Shown here piece after piece: positions 7,915 to 16,439 of a DNA stretch of 32,000 nucleotides; position 1 is the first letter of the stretch; every line of letters begins with the position of its first letter. The translations under genes and the position numbers were made by a program. Where the stretch lies: NCBI RefSeq assembly GCF_001458695.1, contig NZ_LN885086.1, positions 3,263,118 to 3,295,117 on the forward strand, in the 5' to 3' direction. This DNA comes from Candidatus Nitrospira inopinata (lineage in GTDB: Bacteria; Nitrospirota; Nitrospiria; Nitrospirales; Nitrospiraceae). Below the pieces are notes generated by a model. That model saw only the letters and a list, made by a program, of their open reading frames with translations, had not been told where the DNA came from and did not search any database.

Positions 7915-8925
7915 ATGAAACGCAAACGGGCCGAGATCGACGTCGTCAAACCGGGCTGGCTCACGACCGTCCAAGACCTGGGACGGCACGGATACCAACG
8001 CTACGGCATGCCGGTCTCCGGCGTGATGGACCGTTTCGCGGCCATCGTGGGCAATCGCCTTGTCGGAAACCCCGACGGAGCGGCCGTGCTCGAATGTACC
8101 CTCAAGGGTCCCGAGCTCTTTTTTCGTGACGACGCACACCTGGCCGTAACCGGAGCGGACCTCTCTCCGACGCTTGACGGAAACGACATCCCCCTCTGGG
8201 AATGTCTCAACGTTCGGCGCGGCAGCCGACTTCGATTCGGCACGCGGCGCGTCGGGTTTCGTTGTTACCTGGCCATCGCCGGAGGATTCGATGTACCGGC
8301 GGTCCTGGGAAGCCGTTCGACCCATTGCCCAAGCCATACCGGCGGACTTGACGGGCGGCCGTTGCGAGCAGGGGATCTTCTGTTTGGCGGCCCATTTGAC
8401 AGTGACGCCGAGCGGTTGGTCGGGCGACGGCTGCCTGATCGATTGCTCCCTCGTTATGATCGATCGGTCATCCTGCGCGTCGTTCTCGATCCTCGTCGCG
8501 AATTCTTCCAGGACGCGGCGGTCTCTACCCTCCTCCATTCCGTTTACACGGTCGCTCCTCAATCCGATCGCATGGGGTATCGGTTGATAGGCCCCCCGCT
8601 CCCTCGCGCGGGCGCACGCCACTTCATCTCAGAAGGCACGGTGACGGGCACGTTGCAAGTCCCGGCCGACGGACAACCGATCCTTCTGATGGCCGATCGC
8701 CAGACCACCGGGGGCTATCCTCCCATCGCCGTAGTCATCTCGGTCGATCTGCCTTCCGCCGCCCAGTTGGGTCCCGGCGACACCGTCCGATTTGTTTCCT
8801 GCTCGATTGTCGAAGCCCAGGCCCTTTTGCGAACCCGTGGCTCCCTTCTCGATGCAGCCCTTCCTCCCGTCACAATCAACCGGTGGTCTCTTGGACAAAA
8901 GGGAATCGACGACGGCTCGCCTTGA
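7915..8925 (+). CDS. pxpC: 5-oxoprolinase subunit PxpC (KipA / formerly allophanate hydrolase subunit 2)
   Basis: MKRKRAEIDVVKPGWLTTVQDLGRHGYQRYGMPVSGVMDRFAAIVGNRLVGNPDGAAVLECTLKGPELFF...ISEGTVTGTLQVPADGQPILLMADRQTTGGYPPIAVV is typical of PxpC/KipA. The track start 7747 would overlap pxpA by 143 nt with an S/T/R-rich extension. ATG 7915 lies 25 nt after the pxpA stop. Confidence 0.85.
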   Translation: MKRKRAEIDVVKPGWLTTVQDLGRHGYQRYGMPVSGVMDRFAAIVGNRLVGNPDGAAVLECTLKGPELFFRDDAHLAVTGADLSPTLDGNDIPLWECLNVRRGSRLRFGTRRVGFRCYLAIAGGFDVPAVLGSRSTHCPSHTGGLDGRPLRAGDLLFGGPFDSDAERLVGRRLPDRLLPRYDRSVILRVVLDPRREFFQDAAVSTLLHSVYTVAPQSDRMGYRLIGPPLPRAGARHFISEGTVTGTLQVPADGQPILLMADRQTTGGYPPIAVVISVDLPSAAQLGPGDTVRFVSCSIVEAQALLRTRGSLLDAALPPVTINRWSLGQKGIDDGSP

Positions 8926-8992
8926 TGGTTCTGCACGATCGCTCAAATTATGCTATCGTGCCAAATACGACCGACACTCGACTGGGGATTCT

Positions 8993-9301
8993 ATGAGCCG
9001 CTCGTGGGGGAACCTGATCATGCTGATCATCGCGGCAACCGTCGCGTCGTCGATCGCATCGGCGGCCGACCCGCCTTGCGACAAGTACCCGCCAGCCAAA
9101 CAACCCCGCTGCGCCGACATATGGAAGGAACTGAACGAGCAAGACGGGCCGATCATCGCCCAATTCGGACTCGATCAGCAAAAACGCCGGGAGGAAGGGA
9201 AAATCGACGCCCGCCGACACCTGGCCGAGAACATGGCGTTCATCAAACAATCGACCGAGAAGCGGCTCGAACGGCTCAAAGAACGTATGGCGAAGGAGTA
9301 G
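8993..9301 (+). CDS. Small exported hypothetical protein (102 aa)
   Basis: Begins at an internal ATG of track ORF 8792..9301: MSRSWGNLIMLIIAATVASSIASAADPPCDKYPPAKQPRCADIW... The signal peptide has an ASA cleavage motif. The mature part has two Cys and a charged helical tail. GGGGA lies upstream. The longer track start overlaps pxpC. Confidence 0.5.
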   Translation: MSRSWGNLIMLIIAATVASSIASAADPPCDKYPPAKQPRCADIWKELNEQDGPIIAQFGLDQQKRREEGKIDARRHLAENMAFIKQSTEKRLERLKERMAKE

Positions 9302-9323
9302 CGGGATGATCGGATGATCCGCC

Positions 9324-9965
9324 CTATGAAGCCCGGATGAACTGATTCGTTTCCTTTTCCCACCCGATTTCGGTTTCGGCCCCATGCCCGGTCACGACGA
9401 CCGTCGCGTCGTCGAGCGTGTAGAGCCGCTCCCTGATCGATTGTTCAATGGCGTCATAGTCGCCGCCCCAGAGATCGGTGCGGCCGATGCTGCCTCGAAA
9501 GAGGGTATCCCCCGCCAGCACCAGTTTTTCATGCGGAACGTGGAAGCTCATGGACCCCGGCGTGTGGCCTGGCGTATGGAGCGCGAGAAGAGGAATCTCT
9601 CCGACCAACAATCGCTCTTCGTCCTTGAGCCAATGCTCCGGCAACGGAACGGTCGTGGACGGCACCCCGAACAGTCGGCATTGGACGTCGAGATTTTTCC
9701 AGAGATCGAGGTCGTCCTGGTGCAGGCACAAGATCGCTCCGGTCGCCTGCTTCAATAAACCGGCCGCGAGAAAATGGTCGAAATGGGCATGCGTGTGCAG
9801 GATATGGCTCACCGTCAACCCGAGCCGCCGCGCCTCTCCAAGAATCCGCTCAGGATCGCCTCCGGGATCGACGATGATCGCCTGTTTCGTCACCGGATCA
9901 CCGATGATCGAGCAGTTGCACCCGAGCGGAGGAACGGCGAAGGTTTTTCGAATCAGTCCGGACAT
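9324..9965 (-). CDS. MBL-fold metallo-hydrolase (GloB/YcbL-like hydroxyacylglutathione hydrolase family)
   Basis: HTHAHFDHF metal-binding motif, plus HTPGHTPGS and GDTLFRGSIGRTDLWGGD blocks. SD GAGG lies 6 nt before the ATG. 213 aa. Confidence 0.85.
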   Translation of the reverse strand: MSGLIRKTFAVPPLGCNCSIIGDPVTKQAIIVDPGGDPERILGEARRLGLTVSHILHTHAHFDHFLAAGLLKQATGAILCLHQDDLDLWKNLDVQCRLFGVPSTTVPLPEHWLKDEERLLVGEIPLLALHTPGHTPGSMSFHVPHEKLVLAGDTLFRGSIGRTDLWGGDYDAIEQSIRERLYTLDDATVVVTGHGAETEIGWEKETNQFIRAS

Positions 9966-10005
9966 GGGCGCCTCATGCTACCGTTCTTCCGTCCATCGCC
10001 GCAAG

Positions 10006-10656
10006 CTATGGGAATTCTTCTCCTTCACTGATCTCGTCACGGATGGTCCATACGACGTCCGTCTCGAGGATCTTCCAGTCCAGGCCCTTTCGCTCGAACC
10101 ACACGAGAAAACCTGCGCCAGTGCCCTCAGCTCGGACCTGTTTCACATAGAGCAATGCCTGATCGTTGCGCAATGTCCGTCCGATCCTGGAAAAGGCCAG
10201 GTGCTCTGAGGGCGGCATCGGCATCTGCGCCAAGAGACCGACCTTCAACGGTCTCATGGACAGGACTTCCGGCTCTTCGATCAATCCGTCCGATAGAAAC
10301 CGATACGGAACGCCGACGCGGAACCGCCCTTCGAGGCGAGCGGCCACGCGGTTCACGTGGACGAAGTCGTGCGCCAGTTCCCGTGGAAGGCGTCCCATGA
10401 AATAATCCTGTTCGTAAAACCAATCGACCGTCATCGATTCCGTTTGATTCGGCAACAGCCGCGTGACGGTCATCCGCTCGATCAACAGCAATCGCGTGCG
10501 GGAGGTGAGGAACAGCCTCTCGATCGCCCGATCGTACAAGGGATAATCTTCGGCGGGCGCTTCCGCCACACCCCCGCCCGTCTCGTTGCCGAACGCCGCC
10601 TGCCACGGCAACCCCAGCCAGCATCCCAGCGTCAGGATGACCGCCAGCTTTCTCAT
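10006..10656 (-). CDS. Exported hypothetical protein
   Basis: Track ORF 10006..10779. The internal ATG at 10656 gives the signal peptide MRKLAVILTLGCWLGLPWQAAFG. Its stop is 40 nt upstream of the MBL hydrolase start, so the two are probably co-transcribed. No SD is evident. Alternative ATGs at 10704, 10725 and 10779 would add a cytoplasmic extension. No family recognised. Confidence 0.55.
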   Translation of the reverse strand: MRKLAVILTLGCWLGLPWQAAFGNETGGGVAEAPAEDYPLYDRAIERLFLTSRTRLLLIERMTVTRLLPNQTESMTVDWFYEQDYFMGRLPRELAHDFVHVNRVAARLEGRFRVGVPYRFLSDGLIEEPEVLSMRPLKVGLLAQMPMPPSEHLAFSRIGRTLRNDQALLYVKQVRAEGTGAGFLVWFERKGLDWKILETDVVWTIRDEISEGEEFP

Positions 10657-10761
10657 GGTCGAAGCATACAAGGCCGTTTCCGCCACGGTCAAACGTTCAG
10701 GCATGGACAACCTGCCGGAAAGCATGGATAATCGGGCCGGCTTTTGGGGGAGACCTCTTCT

Positions 10762-11496
10762 ATGTTTCGGGCCATTCATACTTTTCGTCGCCTGCTGGTC
10801 ATCGGATTGCTCGCTCCTTCATCGGCTCTCGTCGGCTGCGGCCCTGACGATACTCCTCTCAAGGCGGAAAACGAGTCGCTGAAGAAGCAAGTGGCCAAGC
10901 AAGAATCCCTGTTGACCTCGCTTCAAGACGGCAATCGCGTCATGCAACAGCAAATCGATCTGCTGAATCAGGAACTCCGCGACGCCAAACAGGCCACCGA
11001 ATCGGCCAAAGAAGCGACCGCCCGTCTGAACGAACAACTGGAGGCCCAGCTTGCGCAAGTCAAGCGGATGAGCGCGGAGATTCAACGGACGGCCCAGGCC
11101 CAAGCGGCCCTGTCCATCAAGGCCGACGACAAGGGAGCCCAGTTCGAGACCATTCCCCGCCCCCTGGACACCGTCGCCAAAATAACGGAAGAGGCCTTGG
11201 CGAGAAACGGCTATCAGATCAAAGCCGGCTTCAGAACCGATCAACGGGCCGTGTACGTGACGGACCGCAAAATCTCATCCCCCGCCTCGCTGGAAGTCGC
11301 CGGCTTTCGCAACCAATATCTCGTCTCCCTTCAAGCGGCGCCGGGCAACGCCACGAAGCTCGCCGTCAAGGCGGAATTTGAAAAGATCGCCCAGGGCGGG
11401 CGCATTCTGGCCGTCGGCGCGGAGGAAACGGCGGAAATCGAGCGCCGCCTGATCGGTGAAATCAACAAGGCGCTCGACACGCCCGGCAGGACGTGA
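10762..11496 (+). CDS. Coiled-coil lipoprotein, hypothetical
   Basis: ATG 10762 is preceded by GGGGAG 9 nt upstream. MFRAIHTFRRLLVIGLLAPSSALVGCGPDD carries a lipobox (LVGC). About 90 aa of heptad-like Q/E/L/K-rich sequence follows (LKKQVAKQESLLTSLQDGNRVMQQQIDLLNQELRDAKQ...). The C-terminal ~110 aa look globular. Confidence 0.65.
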   Translation: MFRAIHTFRRLLVIGLLAPSSALVGCGPDDTPLKAENESLKKQVAKQESLLTSLQDGNRVMQQQIDLLNQELRDAKQATESAKEATARLNEQLEAQLAQVKRMSAEIQRTAQAQAALSIKADDKGAQFETIPRPLDTVAKITEEALARNGYQIKAGFRTDQRAVYVTDRKISSPASLEVAGFRNQYLVSLQAAPGNATKLAVKAEFEKIAQGGRILAVGAEETAEIERRLIGEINKALDTPGRT

Positions 11497-11703
11497 CGTC
11501 GGAGCCGATCATCAACCGGCCTTGCGCTCTCTGAATCGTCCAGGCCCACCGGCCTCAGGCCCTGATCGAGTTCCATTCGAAATCGTCGCGACTGAAATCA
11601 TCGCAACCAGGAGCCGATCCCGTCGGACGCCGCCTCGCGGCGATCCGCTGCAATTGTTCGTTTTCTTCGTCGCACTTGCCCCTCGTGCTACCATGATTCC
11701 TTG

Positions 11704-13257
11704 ATGAGTCCTCCGACCGGCACGCACGACCTCCGCGCGCTGATCCGCTCCTCTCACCCGCTCATCGTGATCGACACGGTGGAAGAGGATCGCGTGTCGG
11801 CCTTGCTTCAGTCGGTCGCGGCGCAAGAGCGGATGCCGCTGTTCGAGTGGTCGCTCACCAGAGGGCTGACCCGATCCGACGGGCCGACGCTCAGCAAATT
11901 GACCGCGGCGCCGCTGGCGCTGCTCCAACACCTGCACGGATTGACGGTCGAAGCGGTCGTTTGGCTCAAGGATCTCGCGCCTCATCTGCAGGACCCGCAA
12001 GTCGCGCGCCAGCTTCGAGAGGTGGCGGCCGTATTCTCCCGATCGCGCGCCACCTGCGTGATCACCGGCCATCCCCTCATCCTGCCGCCCGACATCGAGC
12101 GTCTTGCGGTTCGATTCGAACTGCGATTGCCCGATGCCGATGAACTGCGATCCATGCTCCGCAACCTGCTCCTCTCGCTCGGACCGAGGCTGGCGCCGCA
12201 ACCGAGCCACGCGGTTGGACACACGCGGAGCAAAGCCGGCCGATCCGACACCGTTCCAACGACGAATGACGGAACCGACGAGCACGAAGCCGTGCTCCGC
12301 GCCTTGCGCGGCCTCACGCTCCACCAAGCCCGCCAGGTCGTCACGCAATGTCTTGTCGAGGACGGACGCCTCTCCGCCTCGGCCGTTCAGATCATCATGA
12401 AGCGCAAGATCCAACTCATCAAAGACGGAGGGCTGCTGGAATACTATCCCCTTGAAGACAATCGATTCGAGCTGGGCGGCTTTGCCAACTTGAAGTCGTG
12501 GCTGGACCGGGCAAAGGTGGGGTTTACGGCAGAGGCCAAGGCGCTCAATCTCTCGCCTCCCCGCGGCATCATGCTGGTGGGCGTCCCCGGTTGCGGAAAA
12601 TCGCTCGCGGCAAAGGCCGTCGCCCGCTCATGGCGACTGCCGCTGCTCAAACTCGACGCGGGCCGGCTGTTCGATAAATTCGTCGGCGAATCGGAAAAAA
12701 ACTTCCGCAGAGCGATTGAGACGGCTGAATCCTTGTCGCCGATCGTGCTCTGGATCGACGAAATCGAAAAGGCCATGGCGGGAGGACGAGGGGGCGGCGA
12801 GGCCGACGCGGGTTTGAGCCGCCGGTTGTTCGGCGCCTTTCTCACCTGGTTGCAAGAGAAAAAACAGGAAGTCTTTGTCATCGCCACCGCCAACGATCTT
12901 TCGGCCTTGCCGCCCGAATTGCTTCGCAAGGGTCGATTCGACGAGATTTTTTTCGTGGACTTGCCCGACGATGAAGAACGGAAGGCCATTTGGAAGATTC
13001 ATTTAAGCCTTCGAAGGCAGGACGTGACGCGCTTCGACCTGACCAAACTGGCGAGCGCGAGCGACGGCTTCAGCGGGTCCGAGATCGAACAAGCCGTCGT
13101 GGCGTCTCTTTATCACGCCCTGCATCAACGGACCTCGCTGACAACCGATTTGTTGATCGAGGAATTGACCCAGACCGTTCCGCTCTCCGTCACGCGGCAC
13201 GAAGACATCCACGAACTCAGACGCACGGCTCAAGGACGATTCGTCAGCGTGCGGTAA
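11704..13257 (+). CDS. AAA+ ATPase, Ycf46-like family
   Basis: Walker A GVPGCGKS and Walker B VLWIDEIEKA. Second region of homology ATANDLSALPPELLRKGRFDEIFFVDLP. C-terminal FSGSEIEQ...VPLS. The N-terminal domain (LRALIRSSHPLIVIDTVEEDRVSALLQ...PLFEWSLTRGL) and the ~517-aa length match my memory of cyanobacterial/plastid Ycf46 proteins. There is no protease or second AAA domain. The ATG follows a TTG at 11701 and no SD is evident. Confidence 0.8.
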   Translation: MSPPTGTHDLRALIRSSHPLIVIDTVEEDRVSALLQSVAAQERMPLFEWSLTRGLTRSDGPTLSKLTAAPLALLQHLHGLTVEAVVWLKDLAPHLQDPQVARQLREVAAVFSRSRATCVITGHPLILPPDIERLAVRFELRLPDADELRSMLRNLLLSLGPRLAPQPSHAVGHTRSKAGRSDTVPTTNDGTDEHEAVLRALRGLTLHQARQVVTQCLVEDGRLSASAVQIIMKRKIQLIKDGGLLEYYPLEDNRFELGGFANLKSWLDRAKVGFTAEAKALNLSPPRGIMLVGVPGCGKSLAAKAVARSWRLPLLKLDAGRLFDKFVGESEKNFRRAIETAESLSPIVLWIDEIEKAMAGGRGGGEADAGLSRRLFGAFLTWLQEKKQEVFVIATANDLSALPPELLRKGRFDEIFFVDLPDDEERKAIWKIHLSLRRQDVTRFDLTKLASASDGFSGSEIEQAVVASLYHALHQRTSLTTDLLIEELTQTVPLSVTRHEDIHELRRTAQGRFVSVR

Positions 13258-13463
13258 CGGAGCTGTCATCCGGTTCATCCCGACAACTCTTCAATTGAAA
13301 CCGCCAACCCAGGAGCCGCTTGCCCCACCTTTTCCGCGCGCCTCGTCTTATCGAAATTTTTCCGGCGTGCCGTTACAGTCCCGACCCGGAGCAACCGATA
13401 AGAATCTGCAAGGGCGCGAAAAAGAAACGGCGCCGTGTTTTACGGCCCCGTCGTCCGATAACC

Positions 13464-13472
13464 TGTTACAAT
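13464..13472 (+). promoter_or_regulatory. Extended -10 promoter element (TGTTACAAT) abutting ATG 13479
   Basis: TG at 13464-13465 and the hexamer TACAAT at 13467-13472. The ATG begins 6 nt after the hexamer and no SD lies between them. This geometry is that of a leaderless mRNA. There is no good -35. Confidence 0.3.
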
Positions 13473-13478
13473 ACCTTC

Positions 13479-13910
13479 ATGACGCTCTCCTCGAAACAAG
13501 CGCAAATGCCGCCCCCCACGTCTCTCCGCCACGCGCTGGCGAACGTGCGGCACGGTCTTTTGAAATTGCATAAGGCGCTCATCGTGGCGGAACAGATCAC
13601 CTTCGAGCGAATTTATGGGCGCATCGACTCGACCGGTCAATTGCTCCAGTTAGTCATGAACGACCCCTGGTTCACGTGGCTTCATCCTCTTTCCAACTTG
13701 ATCATACGCATCGACGAGCTGCTGGAAAAAGAAGAGCGCGACGTCGCGGAACAGGCGGTCTTTCTCGTCGCCGAAGCACGAGCCCTGATCCGCCCGTCGG
13801 AAGAGGGAGACGGGTTTGAGCGCAGTTATTATGAAGCGCTGCAACGGGCCCCCGACGTCGTCATGGCCCATTGCGAAATAAAAAAGCTGTTGAACCTCCC
13901 CTTCGCCTAA
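13479..13910 (+). CDS. Hypothetical protein (143 aa, predicted helical)
   Basis: Begins at an internal ATG of track ORF 13320..13910. The 53-aa upstream extension is R/P-rich and not protein-like. From 13479: MTLSSKQAQMPPPTSLRHALANVRHGLLKLHKALIVAEQITFERIYGRIDSTGQLLQLVMNDPWFTWLHPLSNLIIRIDELLEKEERD... No family recognised. Confidence 0.5.
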   Translation: MTLSSKQAQMPPPTSLRHALANVRHGLLKLHKALIVAEQITFERIYGRIDSTGQLLQLVMNDPWFTWLHPLSNLIIRIDELLEKEERDVAEQAVFLVAEARALIRPSEEGDGFERSYYEALQRAPDVVMAHCEIKKLLNLPFA

Positions 13911-13959
13911 GGATCGCGGTCTTCTTTGCCGGTTTCTGGGCGACGATCATCTCCCTTTC

Positions 13960-14349
13960 TTAATCCCGGCCGTGTTTGCCGTGGCCCCTGGCCTTGTCGC
14001 GTCCCTGCTTCCCATGCTCGCCGGCCGCCTCATCTGCCCGATCAAGCCCCCGTTTGCGATGGTCTCCGTCCTGCCGATGTTTGTGTTTGCCTTTTCCTTT
14101 CCTCTTCTCTTTATCGTCGTCTTTTTCTTTGCCTCCATCGTCGTCGCGCTCCCCGTCATGCTTTTTCCGCTTCATTTTCTTGTCTTTTCCCTTCTCCACG
14201 ACCGAATCCTGATCCGTCGCAGGCTCCTGCGTCGTCTGCGAAGGGGACGTTGCGGGGACAGGAGACTCCACGGCCTCTTCTTGAGCATGTACATTCAAAA
14301 AAGTCGCAAACACGGAGACGGCGATGGCAACGGCAACAACCTTGATCAT
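13960..14349 (-). CDS. Secreted, hyper-charged low-complexity protein (K/D/E/R/H/G-rich)
   Basis: Strong SD AAGGAGG 7 nt before ATG 14349 (the track starts one codon earlier, at a TTG). Signal peptide MIKVVAVAIAVSVFATFLNVHA. An acidic P/T/S/Q segment follows, then KGKDKKMKRKKHDGERDDDGGKEKDDDKEKRKGKGKHKHRQDGDHRKRGLDRADEAAGEHGKQGRDKARGHGKHGRD. Confidence 0.55.
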   Translation of the reverse strand: MIKVVAVAIAVSVFATFLNVHAQEEAVESPVPATSPSQTTQEPATDQDSVVEKGKDKKMKRKKHDGERDDDGGKEKDDDKEKRKGKGKHKHRQDGDHRKRGLDRADEAAGEHGKQGRDKARGHGKHGRD

Positions 14350-14641
14350 CAATTCTCCTCCTTGCTAAGAGTTCCAGACTCCAATGACGCATTTCACTGG
14401 CATATTTTTCCGCACCATGACATAACCGGGGCAAGAGTCAAGCGGCTCTTGAAAATGTTCCGATTCAAACACCGTTCACCCATATCATCATGAAGCGTTT
14501 TCAACCCCTCGCCTACTCGGAGGGGATCGATCTCTCTCAGTCGATTGGAGATGTCTCACTCCTGCTCGGCTGGCGGCGAATAGTTTGCGGACTGTGCTAT
14601 CATAAGCCCGACTTGTTAATAAATTTCCTCAAGGAGGCACC

Positions 14642-14896
14642 ATGACCATCATGCTGATTGGGTTTGCGATTTTTACGACCTTTGTCTGGTTTTTCGGGAC
14701 CGCGATGGCGGGCTTGGCTTGGAGGATATTCGAGGGAGAGTCCAATAAAGTACTTCGTCAGGCCCAGCAAAACAACGCGGCCTCCGTTTCTCCGCCCAAA
14801 CACCTGGCGGGGCCAAAGACCGGAAGACCGGCTCCTCCTTCACCAGGCAACGGCCCCCGTTCCTATGCCGATAGAAGACAGACGGCCACCCGTTAA
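14642..14896 (+). CDS. Small membrane protein (84 aa), hypothetical
   Basis: SD AAGGAGG 4 nt before the ATG. One clear TM helix (IMLIGFAIFTTFVWFFGTAMAGLAW) followed by a P/G/R-rich disordered tail. Confidence 0.5.
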   Translation: MTIMLIGFAIFTTFVWFFGTAMAGLAWRIFEGESNKVLRQAQQNNAASVSPPKHLAGPKTGRPAPPSPGNGPRSYADRRQTATR

Positions 14897-14976
14897 AAAT
14901 AAAGGGGCCAAAGGAAGTGTTCGGAAAGAAGCTAAAAAGACACGATCCTGGAAAGGTCTTTATCGTTCGGGCGCGA

Positions 14977-16413
14977 TCACAACCGAGCGCGTTTCGCCGA
15001 CTTTCCGGCCCGTAAATACCTGTCGATGCCGGCGGCCATTTTTCGCCCCTCGGCGATGGCCCAGACAATGAGGGAAGCACCACGCCTCGTATCGCCGCCG
15101 GCAAACACCCCGTCAAGGTTGGTCATAAAGTTTTCGTCCACTTGCACCGTCCCCCGCTGATCATATTTCACGCCGAGGCTGTCCAGCAAACCCTGTTTGA
15201 CGGGCCCGGTGAAGCCCATGGCCAGCAGCACCAGATCGACGTCCATCTCAAAATCGGTGTCGGGGATCGGCGTAAATTTTCCGTTTCCATAGGCCACGCG
15301 ATGGGCGTGCAACTTGGTGACATGGCCGTTCCGCCCGCTGAATTTCGTGGTGGACACGCTCCATTGCCGATCGCAGCCCTCTTCATGGGCGTGCGAAGTG
15401 CGCAACTGCATGGGCCAAAGCGGCCAAGGGGTCGACTCGGCGCGCTGCGGGGGCGGCTCCGGCAGCAATTCGAATTGATGCACCTCTCGACAGCCTTGTC
15501 GATGCGCCGTTCCCAAACAGTCGGACCCTGTATCGCCGCCGCCGATAATCACCACGCGCTTATCCTTCGCGGTGATCGGCTCATCCGTGATCGAGTCCCC
15601 GGCGTTGCGTTTATTTTGTTGGGTCAGGTAGTCCATCGCAAAGTGAATGCCGTTCAGCTCGCGCCCCGGCACGGAGAGATCCCTCGGCTGTTCGGCGCCG
15701 AGCGTGAGCCCGACGGCGTCGAATCGCTTAAGCAGCTCGTCCCCGGACAGATCTTTTCCGACCGCCACGTTGGTCTCGAACGTGACGCCTTCGGCCCGCA
15801 TCTGATCGAGGCGGCGGTCGATGACCCATTTTTCCATTTTGAAATCGGGGATCCCGTACCGCAGCAACCCGCCGATGCGGTCCGCCTTCTCAAACACCGT
15901 GACATCATGGCCGGCGCGGCACAACTGCTGCGCCGCGGCCAGTCCGGCCGGGCCGGAGCCGACGATTGCCACCCTCTTGCCCGTCTTGGAGACCGGCAAA
16001 ATCGGTTCCACCAATCCTTCGCTGAATCCATGCTCGATGATATTCCACTCGATGACGCGGATGGAGACCGGATCTTCGTTGATCCCCAACACACAGGCGG
16101 ACTCGCAGGGCGCCGGGCAGAGACGCCCGGTAAATTCCGGGAAATTATTGGTGGCGTGCAGCGCCTTGAGGGCGCTGAGCCACCGACCGCGGTAAATGAG
16201 GTCGTTCCATTCGGGAATCAGATTGACGACCGGACAGCCGTTGGTGCTTTGGCAAAACGGGACGCCGCAATCCATGCAACGAGCCCCTTGCACCCGCAAC
16301 TTCTCGTCGGAAATCGGCTCGTACAGTTCTTTCCAATCCTTGACGCGCAACTCGACGGGGCGCCGTTTCGGCCCCTCGCGCGCGAATTTGATGAAACCTT
16401 TCGGATCTCCCAT
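14977..16413 (-). CDS. gltD: Glutamate synthase (NADPH) small subunit
   Basis: MGDPKGFIKFAREGPKRRPVELRVKDWKELYEP...CMDCGVPFCQS...RLCPAPCESACVLGI...VAIVGSGPAGLAAAQQL...GGGDTGSDC. These are canonical GltD Fe-S and FAD/NAD motifs. The gene starts 26 nt downstream of the gltB stop. Confidence 0.95.
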   Translation of the reverse strand: MGDPKGFIKFAREGPKRRPVELRVKDWKELYEPISDEKLRVQGARCMDCGVPFCQSTNGCPVVNLIPEWNDLIYRGRWLSALKALHATNNFPEFTGRLCPAPCESACVLGINEDPVSIRVIEWNIIEHGFSEGLVEPILPVSKTGKRVAIVGSGPAGLAAAQQLCRAGHDVTVFEKADRIGGLLRYGIPDFKMEKWVIDRRLDQMRAEGVTFETNVAVGKDLSGDELLKRFDAVGLTLGAEQPRDLSVPGRELNGIHFAMDYLTQQNKRNAGDSITDEPITAKDKRVVIIGGGDTGSDCLGTAHRQGCREVHQFELLPEPPPQRAESTPWPLWPMQLRTSHAHEEGCDRQWSVSTTKFSGRNGHVTKLHAHRVAYGNGKFTPIPDTDFEMDVDLVLLAMGFTGPVKQGLLDSLGVKYDQRGTVQVDENFMTNLDGVFAGGDTRRGASLIVWAIAEGRKMAAGIDRYLRAGKSAKRARL

Positions 16414-16439
16414 CTGTGTTCAACGCTCCGACGAACGTC

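Noticed and set aside
14398-14413. A sigma-54-like TGGCAT...CCGC upstream of the small membrane protein gene.
   Set aside because: The GG-to-GC spacing is 11 nt rather than the invariant 10, so it is not a credible -24/-12 promoter.
13972-14493. A plus-strand 173-aa very hydrophobic ORF, and other plus-frame ORFs at 13926..14345 and 13976..14212.
   Set aside because: They are the mirror image of the purine-rich charged-protein gene on the minus strand. They have a GTG start and no SD. The minus-strand ORF has AAGGAGG plus a canonical signal peptide. I kept this as a caveat in the findings because low-complexity regions make strand calls less certain.
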